A stretch of DNA of 64,000 bases from Massalongia carnosa (lineage: Eukaryota). This document shows positions 36,803-50,790 of this stretch, one piece after another (positions within the stretch are counted from its first letter, which is position 1; the number at the start of each line of letters is the position of its first letter). Location of the stretch: NCBI GenBank assembly GCA_965645245.1, contig OZ287075.1, forward strand, positions 930,001-994,000, in the 5' to 3' direction. A model generated the notes under the pieces. The model made no database searches and had not been told where the DNA came from. It worked only from the letters and a program-made list of their open reading frames with translations. A program made the position numbers and the translations under genes.

Positions 36803-39800
36803 ATGCGCTCATGCGCGCAGTTCTTCCTATGGCTTCTTGTCCTCTCAATCCCTTTCATCGTTCAAGCAGTCTTCGCCGACGAAGCTTATCAGATAGACTA
36901 TCATCACGCGCTTCTCGGAATTCCCCAAGCACACACCACATTCTTTCATCGACCCTCGGATAGATCCAAAGCCTCTCTACTTTACACTCTCTCGGAGAAG
37001 AACATTCTTGGTGCTGTTAATCCTAAAGATGGTTCGATTGTGTGGAGGCAACGACTCGTCGATACGTCCAACAACCAGATATGGGATTCTTTTCTTCGTG
37101 CTCTAGACGGCGAGAGCACAATTTACAGTGCAGTGAATGAAGTGGTTCAAGCCTGGGATGCCGCCGATGGAAGATTAGTATGGGACTGGAGAGGGAGGGG
37201 GGTTGTCAAGGCTTTGGAGGTCCTGGAGCCGAATGGCCGTCAAAGGGCTATCCTTACGTTAAACGAAGAAGAAGGGAAACCTAGCACTGTTCGAAAGTTT
37301 GCGGCTGATACTGGAGAAGTGATATGGGAGTTCAAGGATAACAGGTAGGATGCTCAAGAGCTATAGGTCTAGTTGGTCACAACGAGAGGCTAACGGAGAC
37401 AGTGGAGATATCCCCTTTGGGCTCTCGGCCTCACACTCCAGTATCTACTATATCTCGTTACACTCAGCACTTCTGAAGGGCTACAAAATCAAGGTTACAG
37501 CCATGGACCCATTGACCGGAGCGTCGTCGGGCCATACAGTACTGAGCTCAGATAGCGAAGTAACCTCGGCGGATCGAATTTTATTTGTCGGCACCAACCA
37601 CGTAATGCCACTGATTATTTGGACGGACAAGTCTTTTAAGAGCCTGAAGCTTAACGTAATTGGCAAAAAGCACGTATCGACCATTGCTATTAGTCCGCAT
37701 GGTGCAGAGCAAATTGAGAAGATTGTCATACACGCGCCTCATACCGCTGGGGCTCAAGCCCATTTTTTGGCCCACTTCCAGTCAAGCAAATCACATTGGG
37801 CTGAGGTTTATCATGTTAATATTGGATCGGGGGCTATACGGAAAGCTTATGATCTCCCAAAAAAAGGCGGGACAGGAGCGTTTTCAACAAGTACTCAGGG
37901 CACTAACGTATATTTTATTAGGAATACAGAATCTGAGAGTACGCTAGTATCATCAGCCAAAAATGACGTACTGGGAAATTGGCCTATGCATCCAAAAAGT
38001 CCGCTAGACGTCTCCCATGCTGTATCTGAGGTCGTACCTAAGGAACAGGCAAAGTATGCGGTGAGATCTGCTTTGTTGTTACCTTCGGGTGATTGGAAAC
38101 TGCTGCAAAACGGTAGTTCGTTATGGGTAAGAAACGAAGGCCTTGCCGGTGTGGTTGCGGCCGCATTCGTTGAACCAGCTGAAGAACTTGATTTGGCTGA
38201 AGAGCTTGCAATTGAGGGTCATAGCAGTGTTTTCGCAGCATATATACATCGGTTGAAAAGGCATTTCAAAGACTTGAAACACCTTCCTGCTTGGGCTGAG
38301 TCGTTATCAAGTCGCTTCAAAGCGAACATACTATCAGACAAAATCAACCTTAATGTTCAGGGTCAACAACGTGATGGATTCGGGTTTCGGAAGCTGGTAA
38401 TTGTGGCTACTGAGCGAGGGCGTCTTATAGCGCTAGACACCGGGATCCAAGCAAAAGTTATATGGGATATCAAACTCATGGATTTATCGGTGCAGCAGAA
38501 GTGGCAAGTCATCAACATTGAGGTCGAAAGCGGTATTGCATTAATACGAGGATCGGAAGGCGAGTTTTGGCGTGTTGAGACGTTGACTGGCAAGACTCTC
38601 CAGTATCAACCTGGTGGCTTGCTTGCTGGCCTTAAGACGGCTGTCTCCGTGCTGGACGCAGCAGGGGAGAAAGTTCTCATCCCAGTTCTCAGCGATGGTT
38701 CTCTTGGGGAGTATTCAACAACCAAGCTTCCAAAAGGAACAACCGTGATAACACGGGGACCCAATGGCTTTCTTAGAGGCTGGAGCCTCGTCAATGATGC
38801 TAATCTTGCCATGGCTTGGGAGTTTGCGCCTAATTCAAAGGAAACCATTACAACAGTTGTGCCACGACCAGCGCACGACCCTGTCGCATCGATAGGTAAA
38901 GCTCTCGGTGACCGCAATGTTTTGTACAAGTTCTTGAATCAAAACCTTTTGTTTGTCGCAACAGTCGTACGAGATATGTTTACAGTGGTGATATACATTC
39001 TTGACGCGGCGTCTGGTCAGATATTACACGTAACGTCGCACTCAAATACCGACACCAATCAGCCCATAACAGCAATCATGTCGGAGAACTGGTTTGCGTA
39101 TTCCCTTTTCTCGAATACTATGGATCTTTCACAGGACAGTTCAATAGATAGTTCTGGGTCGACTCAAAGCTTTCAGCTTATTGTTTCTGAATTATTTGAG
39201 TCTCAGTTTCCAAATGACCGCGGGCCGCTTGGCTCCTCCCAAAATTTCTCCAGCATCTACCCAGCTGCTTCTGAGGGTGGGCAGACCCTTGACACGCCTT
39301 ATGTTGTATCTCAGGCATACTCAGTTCAGGGCCCAGTATCAATAATGGCAGTTACGTCCACGCTTCAGGGGATCACACCGCGCTTGCTACTCTGCTTTCT
39401 ACCCTCACTCAACGCTCTCATCTCCATACCTCGCTCACACATAGACCCACGAAGACCAGTGGGGCGCGATCCTTCACCAGCTGAATTAGAAGAGGGATTA
39501 TATAGATACGCCACCTTGCTCGAATTTGACCCTAGATGGGTCATTAGTCACAAAAGGGATATCCTGGGAATCTCGGAGGTTCTCACCCACCCTTCGCTTT
39601 TGGAAAGCACGAGCTTGGTATTCGCCTTCGGTGAGGTAGATATCTTTGGAACGAGAGTGGCTCCAATTGGAGCATTCGATCTACTTGGGAAAGGGTTTAG
39701 CAAGCTACAGCTTGTTGGGACGGTAGTAGCTCTTGCCCTCGGGACAGGGGTTTTGGCGCCAATGGTGGGTTACCTTGCTGTCAATTCTCATCCATTCTTA

Positions 39801-39864
39801 AGCGTCTTGCTAATTCGATGAGCAGGTTCGCAAGAAACAGATTGATGGCAGGTGGAAGGCTTGA
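36803..39864 (+). CDS. EMC1: ER membrane protein complex subunit 1
   Basis: Signal peptide then AVFADEAYQIDYHHALLG; VASIGKALGDRNVLYKFLN, LESTSLVFAFG.VDIF, FDLLGKGFSK and a C-terminal TM segment. Introns 37345-37402 and 39765-39825. Confidence 0.93.
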
Positions 39865-42800
39865 TCTAGACATTATTAGTCTTTTGAAATACTGCCCGCT
39901 TCTTGTTTTAAGGGGCATCATTGCGCCTCATCTTCTTGTTAAAAGTTACTTGAGTCTCCGGCCTTAGTTGAGCCGGGTTTTACTTATTGAAGCCCGCTGA
40001 ATATAGAGACACCAAAATATGGCTTCAAGAAAAGAGAGCTTGCCTAATTTTCCCTAATTTTTCAAATCTCAAACGGTCATTCTTATTAAGGTGCAATTTT
40101 CAGATGCACCAATTCTTTCATCATGCTCTCTCTCTCCATCCTTTTATTTGCTTTTTTTGCCTAAACTTCCTCTACTAGCACAACCGAGTGTTTTACCAAT
40201 CATCATCATCTCCTTACGTATAGCATTGAAAAGCTAATAAGCTCAAAAGGGGCGAACGCAAAACTAGCTTACATAAGCAGGAGTTAAAAGAAAAACCGAA
40301 GTACGAATACTCGTAGCATCAGATTGCTACGCCTGAGCCAATCTAGGATTGGAAGTAGGTGGGTGGATCAAACGCACTCTGTATAGAGGCACAATCTTAC
40401 GGATTCAGGGCTATGTATCTCCGATGCTGCGTCGGATTATGGTCACGCTCTACGTTATGGGGAAGCTATCAAGCATATAATATAGGGGATGGTGGTTTTC
40501 GAGGATAAAACTGCTTGACGCAACCAGCGCTTTCTACTTGCCTTGAGCTTTTGGCCAGCCGCAGCACACTCTGTTTTGATCTATGCTTTATCATTTTGAT
40601 TGCCCCTCATCATGATCAACGCAAAGAAATATACATTAAAAGCTCTCGAGGCCTCAGGTAGCTCCTTATTGGAGGGAGCAGCGGCATCGGATACTGCGTT
40701 GCTAAAGCATGTCTTGAATCCGGCACGCATATCATCATCTCCTCCTAAGACTCCCTTGTGCAAGGCAGCGTCAAGAGCCTTCTTGACTTATATCCTTCTG
40801 CCAAAGATTGCCTCGTTGGATACACTTGCGACCTATCGTCCTCTTCCATGGAAGAGAATATCCAGACGCTCTTTCTCGTAGACTAGAATCAGCGACTACA
40901 TCATCTACACCGCCAATAAGAAGTTAGCAGCAATGAGCTTTTTTCATGGGCCGCTCTGGAGAGCATCCAGAAAGTCGGCGTGGTGAGCTTCTTCGCGCCA
41001 CTTCTCGTCGCCAAACATTTCCCGCAGTACCTCCGCGGCATGCCTTCCTCTCCCTCACCCTCACCACAGAATCAGCGTCGGAAAAGCCCTTTGCGGGCTA
41101 TTCGGTGTTCTCGTCCTATGCGGCTAGTCTTCACGACATAATGCGTAACCTGGCGCTCAATCTGGCAGCCTCTCCGCGTCAACCTGGTCTCGCTAGGCCG
41201 GGGTGGAGACCCTGCTGTGATTTAATTTGAAAGGGGGGCTCTGTTGTTTTGGGGCTAAGTGAGAAAGTTAAAGGGTGAAAGAAGTGCAACGAGGAGTGAT
41301 AGCGATGTAATCATTCATCTGAGCGCTAGAGGAGCAATCTTAGGTAATGGATGGGTTTAAGACGAGACTTGTTTAGGCTATGCTCTTTGGGGCTACATCC
41401 CCCTCTGTAGTTTCACAACCAATTCCCTTGATATCACCTTTCCACAACACGCCAAGTCTTAATGGCCTGTCTAGTGATCCATGTTTTGTTGTTGCGGTTC
41501 AGCCTCGATCGCAAGACCTGGATTCGCACAACCATGAACAAACTCCATGCCCCTTAAACCGGCGTAATGGCATGATTTACCAGGGTTCACATGTGTCACG
41601 ATATCTCTCGGTCTTGTTATCTGGATGACGAATCTCTACTGACTGAAGATTACCTTGGATGTAAGCCGACACGATTTCAGATCTACTTCCTTCGGCAATT
41701 TTCCAGCATGCCTTCTTGTTCTGTTCAGTTGCTTAATTTACAAACCATTGCTCCATCTGTTGGGCATTGTTGGAAGAGACCGAGGCGTGGGGAGGACGAC
41801 CACCCAACAAGGAATGAGTGAGGTCTGACCGCCGCAAGAAACGATAGTTAACTAAAGTCTTTAGGGGATCCAGAGTATGGCCTGAATCTTCTCCAGATAG
41901 TCCCTTTGGTGATATCAACGGGCCACAATGTATGGGGGAGGTCATCGAGCACCCACCTTAAGACTCACTTGCAGGAGATAGAGATTCAAATTAGACTTAT
42001 GGCTTTCATCGATCCATCGTCTATCGCATGTCACCCAACATTTTCTTCACTGCGAGCTGCCGTAATTGTCACAGTGTCGGAACTTTATCTTTGCGAACTG
42101 GGAGATAGAAGACGATAGAAACGGCTCTTCCTCCGCCTCCGAGGTCATGTCTTAAGTCTCCAACTGTCTAAGACGAGGGAAATAGTCGCATGACAGCGAT
42201 ATACGATGATCATCGATTTTAACTGTATGAAGGATCGTCTATGTTTGAGTTGAATAGCCATCGTCATTCACAATATTCCTTCGGCTAAGCATCTCTTAAC
42301 TTTCAAGTTTAATTCTCCGACGAAAGTTCAAAATCTTCGTTTTCTATTTGCGTGCATCTTGCCCTACACCATTTGGGTGGCTAGGCTTATATTACCTTTC
42401 AACGTCCACCCATCACTTCTGTCCCTCGGTATGAATGATATTCTTCATCTCAGTTCCCGTCCCAAGGCCCTTGTTTGCCTAAGGGGGTCCACAAGCCTGT
42501 ACAGAGTATGTCGGTATGATATTTACCCTGTTTCGCTTGACCGCACGGCCTATCCGACACACCTCCTTCACGAGCTAGGCGGGCTATCCATGCAAGACGA
42601 AAACTCGTCTTGGACCGTGCTGATGATCCCACCTGATCCGGATCTTCCATCGCCAGGGGTCGCAGAATCCTTTTGAAATGGGACCTTGTGGGCAGAATGG
42701 AGAATGGGGATCTTCAAGAAGTCTCCGAGCCACACCACCGCCCTTCCACACGCCCCAAGGAAAGGGAATCTACCACCGGAGAGTTCTTCTGGTAGGAGCC

Positions 42801-42914
42801 TCGATCGCTAGGTTCGACAGTTTCTTCATTCCTCGAGCAAGACTATTCAGCTATATCCACTTCCCAAGTGTGATTTCATATATTCTTTCTGCACTGTACT
42901 CTTGCTGAAAAAAT

Positions 42915-43733
42915 ATGCTTCTCTCAAGCATTTTCATCGCGCTGGGAGCAATTTTTGGCTACATATTAGCAAGAACATTGGTGGAAAGGAGACAAACCTT
43001 CAATGGCGTGGCAACTTCTAACAACTACGGCAAACAATCAAATATCATTTGTGGACCAAAGTCTGCTGGTGAGTTCAAGCCTCTCTCCAACATGCTATCT
43101 ATACGTTTCATTCACTTATCACGGCGGTTGCTAGACAAACTAGGTTATTTCGGCGCTGCAGCTGTAGATATCAGTCCAGATATCTCCAAAGGTCCATGTA
43201 ACGGCAAAATTGACCTAGGCCTATGGTAAGCGTCGACTCCTTCCCATTCCCCAATCCTTGGTTCGATCATTCGATCTGCAACCGCACAGAGGCTTTGTAC
43301 GTTTCGTTGACTAGCACTAAGTTTAGCCATGGCCAATCCCCGGCTCTTACTTACACCGGCCCGGCCTGCCCTAGTACTAAATACGGTACTTGTTACAAAG
43401 TCACGAATGCCGGCGGCTACGGCGGCAGGAGTGTCGGCCGGGTCGTTCTGGCAATGTCATCGTGGAAATCATCGACGCGTGCCCTGCGAGCAGCGCATGG
43501 AATTTCTGGAAGACAGATGTACCGGCGAACGAGCAGTGTAGCGACGAGAGCACGAACAGCTTGGACATTAATGTTGGCGCATACCAAAAACTTACCGGGA
43601 TACCGTGGAGGAGCGTAAAGAATATCTCTTCATTAGTCGCCCATGCGGAGAAATGAGCTTATCAGACACTGACAGGGGTACTTTCCAGGGCCAACTCAAT
43701 CTGCAGATTAAAATCGAGCCCGTCCATTTCTAG
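42915..43733 (+). pseudogene. Secreted double-psi beta-barrel (RlpA/expansin/GH45-like) protein, frameshifted
   Basis: Signal peptide; GTCYKVT...IVEIIDACP...LDI. Introns 43069-43134, 43226-43326 and 43615-43688. The frame breaks near GGG 43440-43442. Confidence 0.65.
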
Positions 43734-44619
43734 AGTCGATATTTGATGGTAGATAAGATCTCCCGGAATGAAGCCATATGGATGGCTAGTTGTTAGGATT
43801 TTTGGGAGGAAAATATACATATCTAACCTGTACATAGATACATATATGTCGCTGCGGGGAGCATACAGATAGACATGTAGTTATGCTTACTTATGGTTGC
43901 GAAACGAGGACTTCTTTTCTGAGTTATAGAGCATTCATCTCATCACCTTGTGACTGCGCTGTCCGCTTCATTTTGTGCCCCAGGCCCCTCCTTGGTTCCT
44001 GATTCCTGAACGCAGCCTTCTCCATCGATGGGTGGCATAAGGAAAATCTGTCTAGGTGGTTACCAAACCTAATAATCGCTTGGTCGATCCAGCCTTCATA
44101 GGCTGATGATAACATACATGCAGGGCGATGACTTTGCAAGATCCACAGGAAGGATGTCGTCGCTCGCTAGCTAGTTAGCATGGGGCGGGAATGATTCTGG
44201 CGGTGCTTCCGCCCGGAGGAACCTAACTTAGTCTCCGAGCACTAGCTAATTAGCCAAGATAGCACGTGAACGCGTTCATCCCGATTCGTTTTCTGAGTCA
44301 CTTTGCTTTCTTCCTTTCCCTTGCAAGCCATACATTGCCTTTGGGTTATCGAGTGAAGCGCGCTTTCTTCAACATGTTGTGTTTTCGCTATCTGGACCCA
44401 GTCTCATGTTCATACGCGATACTGCAGAAACCGCCTTAGTTGATTGGCACAATCTGGATACGTTAACTAATCGTGTCAAGAAACTAGTAATCGAATAGTA
44501 GGCGACTCGCTTCGATTACTAGTTTCTTGACACGATTAAGTAATTCGTTGATCGGTCTTTTTTCCCCGCTCCCCTATCCCTCCCTTCCGCCCCCGCCTGG
44601 TTCCCCTAGGCCAACAAGG

Positions 44620-45882
44620 ATGACAATGTTGGACGAAACTCTCCACACCTCCAACCGCCCAGTCCATCTCGACGGCACGACCCTCGAAGGCGGTGGCCAA
44701 CTCCTCCGGCTTGCGCTGTCCCTATCTTCCCTAATTCATATCCCCATCCACATCACGAACATACGTGGCAAGCGAGGACCCAAGTCGGCGCCTGGACAAG
44801 GCGGGGGACCCAAATCGGCGCATTTGGCTTGCGTGCAATGGCTTGCTAAAGCTACCGGGGCGGAGGCGAGCGGTGTGGAGGTCAAGAGCCGAGAATTGGT
44901 GTTTCGGCCTTCTGGGCGGGAGGGCGTAGATTCCAATACAACCGGAGTGTGGAAACATGTGTACGAAAAGGATAAACTTGTTAGACGGGATTCTGACATC
45001 CTTATGTCTACTCCTGGCTCGATATCTCTAATCTTCCAAGCTATCCTACCGTTCATTCTGTTCTCTGCACCCCTTCCCTCGACAGATCCTTCAGACTCAA
45101 GCATTCACCGGGCAGATACCACGCCGGTTCGAATTAACATTCAAGGTGGCACCAATGTGAGCAATTCCCCGTCTTTTGAGTATATCGATCAAGTGCTTCT
45201 ACCCATCCTTAGTAGCAAGCTCGGCATATCACCAATCCGCATAAAGCTTCATCGCCGTGGTTGGAACCAAGGGCGAGCGGATGTGGGAAGTGTGACTGTC
45301 GATATCACACCCCTGAAGCCTGGCTCCTCGTTGCCCGTTTTCTCCTTCACCGTCAGGGGAGACGTGCTAAAAATCCATGTCTCGGTGCTTGCGCCAGGCG
45401 CAGTGATCAGGAACAACATCAAGGACAAGGTTGTAGCGAAACTTCTCCAACGGCATCCGGATGTCGAGATTCTCTTCCCTCTTGACGAAGACTCGCGCGA
45501 CGAAAAACGGCTTTACCTGCTTCTGGTAGCTGAGACTTCTTCGGGTTATCGACTGGGCAGAGACTGGTTATACGATCGGAAGATAAGGTCTTCGAAAGCG
45601 GTCGATGATCTTGTCACGCGGGTGGTGGATGATCTGGAACAGGAGCTTGCGCATGGAGGGTGCGTGGACGAGTATCTGCAGGATCAGCTAGTGGTCTTCC
45701 AAGCTCTTGCTCAGGGAAGGAGTTGGATAGACGATGGGACGCGTAAGGAGGCTAGCTTGCATACGAGAACGGTTCGGTGGGTGGTGGAACGCATACTGGG
45801 CGTGGGGTTTGATGAAGCGGGCACATGCGCTGGGATTGGATACCAAGTGGGCGAGAACTTCCTGGGCGAGAGGAGAGGTTGA
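44620..45882 (+). CDS. RNA 3'-terminal phosphate cyclase (RtcA-type)
   Basis: LDGTTLEGGGQLLR, IRGKR, GGTNV..SP, RRGW, DEYLQDQL and SLHTRT (putative catalytic His position). Intronless. Confidence 0.88.
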   Translation: MTMLDETLHTSNRPVHLDGTTLEGGGQLLRLALSLSSLIHIPIHITNIRGKRGPKSAPGQGGGPKSAHLACVQWLAKATGAEASGVEVKSRELVFRPSGREGVDSNTTGVWKHVYEKDKLVRRDSDILMSTPGSISLIFQAILPFILFSAPLPSTDPSDSSIHRADTTPVRINIQGGTNVSNSPSFEYIDQVLLPILSSKLGISPIRIKLHRRGWNQGRADVGSVTVDITPLKPGSSLPVFSFTVRGDVLKIHVSVLAPGAVIRNNIKDKVVAKLLQRHPDVEILFPLDEDSRDEKRLYLLLVAETSSGYRLGRDWLYDRKIRSSKAVDDLVTRVVDDLEQELAHGGCVDEYLQDQLVVFQALAQGRSWIDDGTRKEASLHTRTVRWVVERILGVGFDEAGTCAGIGYQVGENFLGERRG

Positions 45883-46437
45883 GAAGAAAGTGAGGGAAGG
45901 GCTTGCGAAGCCTGCGCAAAGACTCTGCATCGAGGCGGAACCCTCGTGACTTTTCCAACGTGTGCTGAATGGGGATATTGCCCTATCCACAAAATCTCGG
46001 ACCAACGCTACCCCATCTAATCCAGTTTAACGCCACAAATAAAACCACCCTCCTAATCGTCCCATCCATCGGCCGTCTCTCGCCAGCATGAAACCGATAT
46101 CGCTAGTCAAGAATCCATCAACCAACCAACTCCCCTCTTGCTGACCCATCTTTATCTAATCCCCAAATCACATACAGTCCCCTTCTTCCATAATATAACC
46201 GAGGTATATAACAAAAGCCCCTTGCTGCTACTGCTGCTGCTGCTGCGAGAAACCACCCGATAAACTAACCGATAAATAAATTCATACCGGCCAGCTAGCT
46301 AGGCGAGGTCTGGGTCTGGATAATGATAATATTCCATGGCGGCGGCGGCAGCGCAAAAGGCCCCGAATGCGTCTCTCTCACTGACTCGCTCACTCACTCA
46401 ACCCCCCTTTCCAGCTTCTTCTTGACATGAACCTTTC

Positions 46438-46820
46438 CTAATCATCATAACCTTCCGGAATCCTCCTCGGGCCCGCCGGTACTGCATACAACACCCCAGC
46501 CATTAGCTTATCATTCAGCCATCCATCACCATCATCGTATCCCGTCAATCATCAACTAGTCCCCAACCACGTAAAATTACCCAATCACCTCCTTCCCGCT
46601 GGCCCCTAGGGGTGGTTTGTGGGAAGGTGTACTCACCGGGATACGTCAAGGGAATCCTCTCACGGGGCCCATCCCCGAACCGCGCCCGCAGGGGAGGGAC
46701 CACGACAATGAAGACGGGCCCTAGGCTGCCTAGTACAATGGAGTAGAAGATGGCGGGTTTCTCGTGCGAGGCCCAGCGCATGTAGTGGAAGGGCGTGCTC
46801 CAGAAGCGGGGGTAGGACAT
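46438..46820 (-). CDS. NADH:ubiquinone oxidoreductase 9.5 kDa subunit (NDUFA3-like)
   Basis: PRFWSTPFHYMRWASHEKPAIFYSIVLGSLGP...IPLTYP|VPAGPRRIPEGYDD*. Intron 46482-46636. Confidence 0.9.
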
Positions 46821-47932
46821 TTTCTTGAGATGATAGTTTGAGGGGGGGTTGCAGGGGAGTTGGGTGTTTGGGAGTTGGAAGGGGGATTAGAGTGATAGGG
46901 GGGTGGAATTGGGATTGTGAAAATCGTTAGGAGGGGTGCGGGAGGATAGCACGATAGGTAGATCTCTAGGAGGTCTTTAGGTACTCTGTATGTACTTTTG
47001 TATGTACAATACTCTGTATTAGGGTTTTGAGTTGAGAGAGAGCGGCAGTTCGGCAAGCTCGGCCCGAATCCCCCAAACTCGCAACTTTGAACTACGTACT
47101 ACATGGTTGTTCCGGCTTCGCGGACACTGGAGAACACATTTCGTACAAGCGGAACCAATGCTCATTCACATGCAGGAACGCCTTTAGATTTTGACGATTC
47201 ACTCATACATACGCATATCTCCCATAGCTCCCCCCCCCTAAGTGCATGTAACTAAAACGCTGGAGGTGAGAGTTTATTGTCAAGGAGCAGGCAGATGAAG
47301 AGTTGTTTTGTTTGTGCATGCAGGGATGGATGGATGGACGGACGGAGCGCGGAGATGGAAGGGGCAGGTGGGTGGGTGGATGGAGGAGAATCTGATGAGG
47401 GCGGAGGGGAGGGGGGGGAGAGAAAGCTTTTGAGAGGGAAGATATGCTGATGAACTTGGCTTTGAGTGTATGCTATGTTATGATACGTAAGTCTGTTTAT
47501 TTATTTATTTATTTATTTGGTTTCTTGTCTTTCGGCATTTTAGAATGTGTCGTGAATTTCGTCCCCTTGATTTTGGGAGGCTGATAGGTTTCGACATCAT
47601 GCAGTCATGATTGTAGATGATTAGTCCATCCAGCACTGCATCTCGAGGTCGTTTTGTGTCTTTCTGCCAAATGCATGAATATGACTGCAGATGCTTTATT
47701 TGTCATCTAGGTTCCATTCGTTCTTGAGTGCGATGTGGGCTGTTCAAAAACATTGGGATTCCGTTCCTTTTCTGGATTTATTCGTTCTTCGATCCGCGAA
47801 GCACTCGTCTCGATATTTCAAATCTATTCTTTACCTTCTTCTTCATCGAGTGGGGCGCTCTTCGCTTTTCTCCGTCCATATCATTAATTATAGAGCATAC
47901 TTCTCCTGTCAAGGAGTGGAGCAAAAAATTTA

Positions 47933-49022
47933 ATGGGCTTATCTATTCTCCTTATCGGCGTCAGTGGGAATGTAGGCGCCTTTCTTATTCCGGAATTCTT
48001 GCGGCAGAGGTCAAGCTTCAATCGCGTTGCAATCCTGACAGATGCGTCGAGAGCCAACAAGTTTGCTCAGGTAAAGAAGGATGGCATCGAGATTGTCGTT
48101 GGCTCCTTTCCGGATGTGGAGTCTTATCGAGGTTCGTTGCTTCCACGTTTCGTCAGAAAAGATGCCGGAACTTGAAAGAAGAATCAAGAAGCCGAAAATG
48201 AAGCAATTCTGGAATGTAAATATAGCCCCCTAACAAGCCAATGCGTAGGCTTTGATGTCGTCCTCTCTCTGGTCCGAAATCCAATCATGCGGCTTCAATC
48301 CGCCATGGCAGAACTAGCTATCGCAGCAGGCGTGCGTCATTTCTATCCATCCGAATACGGTGCAGCTGTCTACAACGAGTCGAACGCCAACCTTCGTTAT
48401 CTCCGGGATAAGCTCGTCACGCGGAACCATCTTGCCGCAAAGGTGAAAGAGGTCCCTGCATTCCACGCCACGTATATTGTCACTGGGAACTTTACCGAGT
48501 GGTCCGTGTCCGATTTCTACGGGGTAGACATGGAGCGGCGGGTGGTGAATACCTACGCACGACCGGATTCCGAGATTTGCGTGACTTCGACTCGGGAGTA
48601 AGTCTCTGCTTTTGTTTCTGGGGGGATTCGGATTACCGGGCGTGGAGTTAACGTGACCTGTCTATCCAAGTATCGCACGCTACACGGTCGACTCGCTTCT
48701 GATGCCACTCGATGCCAACAAGGGAGAACGAGAAATCCGAGTGGTGGGCAGCCGCCTGACGTTCCAACAACTGATCGACACCCTTGGCGCGGCACAGGGC
48801 GTCGAATATCGCTGCACGTACCTGCCCCTTGCGGAAGCGCTCGCGAAACAAGAACAGTATCGCACAAGCGGCGATGAAGCCTTGGAACTCATGTGGTCGG
48901 GAAAGTTGCTAGTTGCGCTAGGTGCAGTGTCCATCCCCGAGCCGCTGGATAACGGCAAGTTTGCCTTTACACCGGAGACGGCGGAGGAGACGATTTGCAG
49001 GGTGTTTGGTAATGAAGAGTAA
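47933..49022 (+). CDS. NmrA/isoflavone-reductase-like NAD(P)-binding protein
   Basis: ILLIGVSGNVG Rossmann motif, GVRHFYPSEYG, DIARY. Introns 48132-48248 and 48598-48670 give a continuous frame. Confidence 0.85.
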
Positions 49023-50149
49023 TTCTCTTGACCAAATGGGGGAGAAAGTTAAATTTATGGGTGTGCAAGGGGAGGAGATCGTCGAGCTACCAGCCCGCTT
49101 TTCTCTTTTATCTCCTCTGTCCCCTTCTTTCTTGGAGTAATAACATTTCCTGTAAAAAGTCCACGGCCAATATCTCTCCAAAAATCCCGTGAGCGCCCCA
49201 GTGCGTTTCCTTTTCTTTCTTAGTTATGTAGTTGGGCAACTATGTATGTAATCGAAGACGCGTATTTCTACCCTCAGGAACTTTTGCGGGAGACTGCTGC
49301 TGCTGCTGAGATTGAATAATCCTCCAGAGCTAGTTTGCTTGCTATTTGGTATTTATTGATCTGAAGAGAGGAGGGAAGGAGACGAGAGAAAAAGAAAGAA
49401 AAAGAAAAAGAAAAATAAGAGAGAGAGAGAGAAGCTTGAAAAATTAAGCGCGTAAACAACGTCACTAGCCCCTGTCTCTGAAGCTTATCTGAACGAGTCC
49501 TAAATCTCCCACCCTGGCTGGATCCAGAAAAAAAAAGGGGGTGGGGATCAAAGCTACAGGAAGATCCCAATTCACTATGGCATAGCAAATTCTAGGAGTT
49601 CAAGTACTTGTCTCGATCTTTCTAACGAGCGGGCAGTCTTATAAAGTGAGAAACGGTTGATTTAAAAAAAATTAAATCGGTTTGTTAGAGGCTCCCTAGG
49701 GCTACTCCCAATCGAAATTCATCAAAGTCGTCGTGAAGGAGTCCTCGAACTGCATCAGAAATCACATCGTCTAGCTTCAGGCTTCAGACGGCTGTATTCA
49801 CTGGACGCGAAATTGTCAGTAGATGATTCGTAAAAAAGCTGGAACGGCGAAACTTCTACTAGCTAACAAACGGTGATTAAAAGTAAAAGGCTAGCTAACT
49901 TGGAAGTTCGTAAGTTTAAAACTTGAAGATCACCTTGCGATATTATCACTCTCAAAAGATACCTATAGAGTCTTAGGCACTCTTGGGACTACAGGAGATG
50001 ACATCGCTCATCTCGATGATGGCACAAAAGATAACATAGACACCAGTAGTTCCAGCCACTATGGCCATTGCTATTCGATCATCATCCCAACCTTCTAGGG
50101 GCGGGTGGTAGTCCTCCTAGAAACAGTCAGTAGCAACAGCGGTATGCTA

Positions 50150-50711
50150 TTAACCACTGTCAGCATCAAAAGCTTCTTCCTAGTTCGTTCTTTCGCTAAA
50201 TATCAAAACAAAGGAAAGCAGTCTCATAACTTACAATTCCTGTTGGGCAATCATGACGTAAGGCATCACAATTCAGATGTTTTTTATCAACTGTTGTCAT
50301 GAATCAATCGTACAGGGGATTCAGCCGTTGGGAGGATTCTTGATGATGACAGGCAATGCTTACGTTTTCTACAGTTATATTCGCCCGTGTCCTCGTCGAC
50401 GTTGCAACATAGGTACAGTTTCTCATTTGATTTAGCGGGGGATGGTTTCCTTGCTAGCTCCAGACGCCCCGTTTCTTTAACTTCAAGGTCTTGCAGAGTT
50501 TGGTCAGTTGCGTCGAGCGGGTTGTCTGTCAATTCAAAATCGGCAAAATAATCCCCTGAGCGTTGGGAATTAGTGAAATTGTCTCAGCTTGAGGGAGGCC
50601 GAAAACTGTCTTGCCTGAGTTGGTGTTGAATGGATCGCCTGAGCTTTGAAGAAGTGATCTAGCAATTACTGAGGGTAGGGCAAAGAGGAGGAGGTAAAGG
50701 CGTACACGCAT
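50150..50711 (-). pseudogene. Small secreted Cys-containing (effector-like) protein, frameshifted
   Basis: Signal peptide MRVRLYLLLFALPSVIA. The frame shifts near CCCC 50553-50556 into DYFADFELTDNP...YLCCNVDEDTGEYNC. Canonical introns at 50291-50363 and 50180-50234. Confidence 0.5.
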
Positions 50712-50790
50712 GATGAAGTTCGGATGTAAATTCATAGAAAGAAAAAAGAGCGAGAAAGATTCGAGTGCTCATGGAGCTTTTGTTCATATC

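Noticed and set aside
40560..42900. Short ORFs between EMC1 and the DPBB gene
   Set aside because: No identifiable domains or consistent splice model.
44330..44460. G-U-rich hairpin upstream of the RtcA gene as a possible H/ACA snoRNA
   Set aside because: No H box (ANANNA) after the hairpin and no convincing second hairpin.
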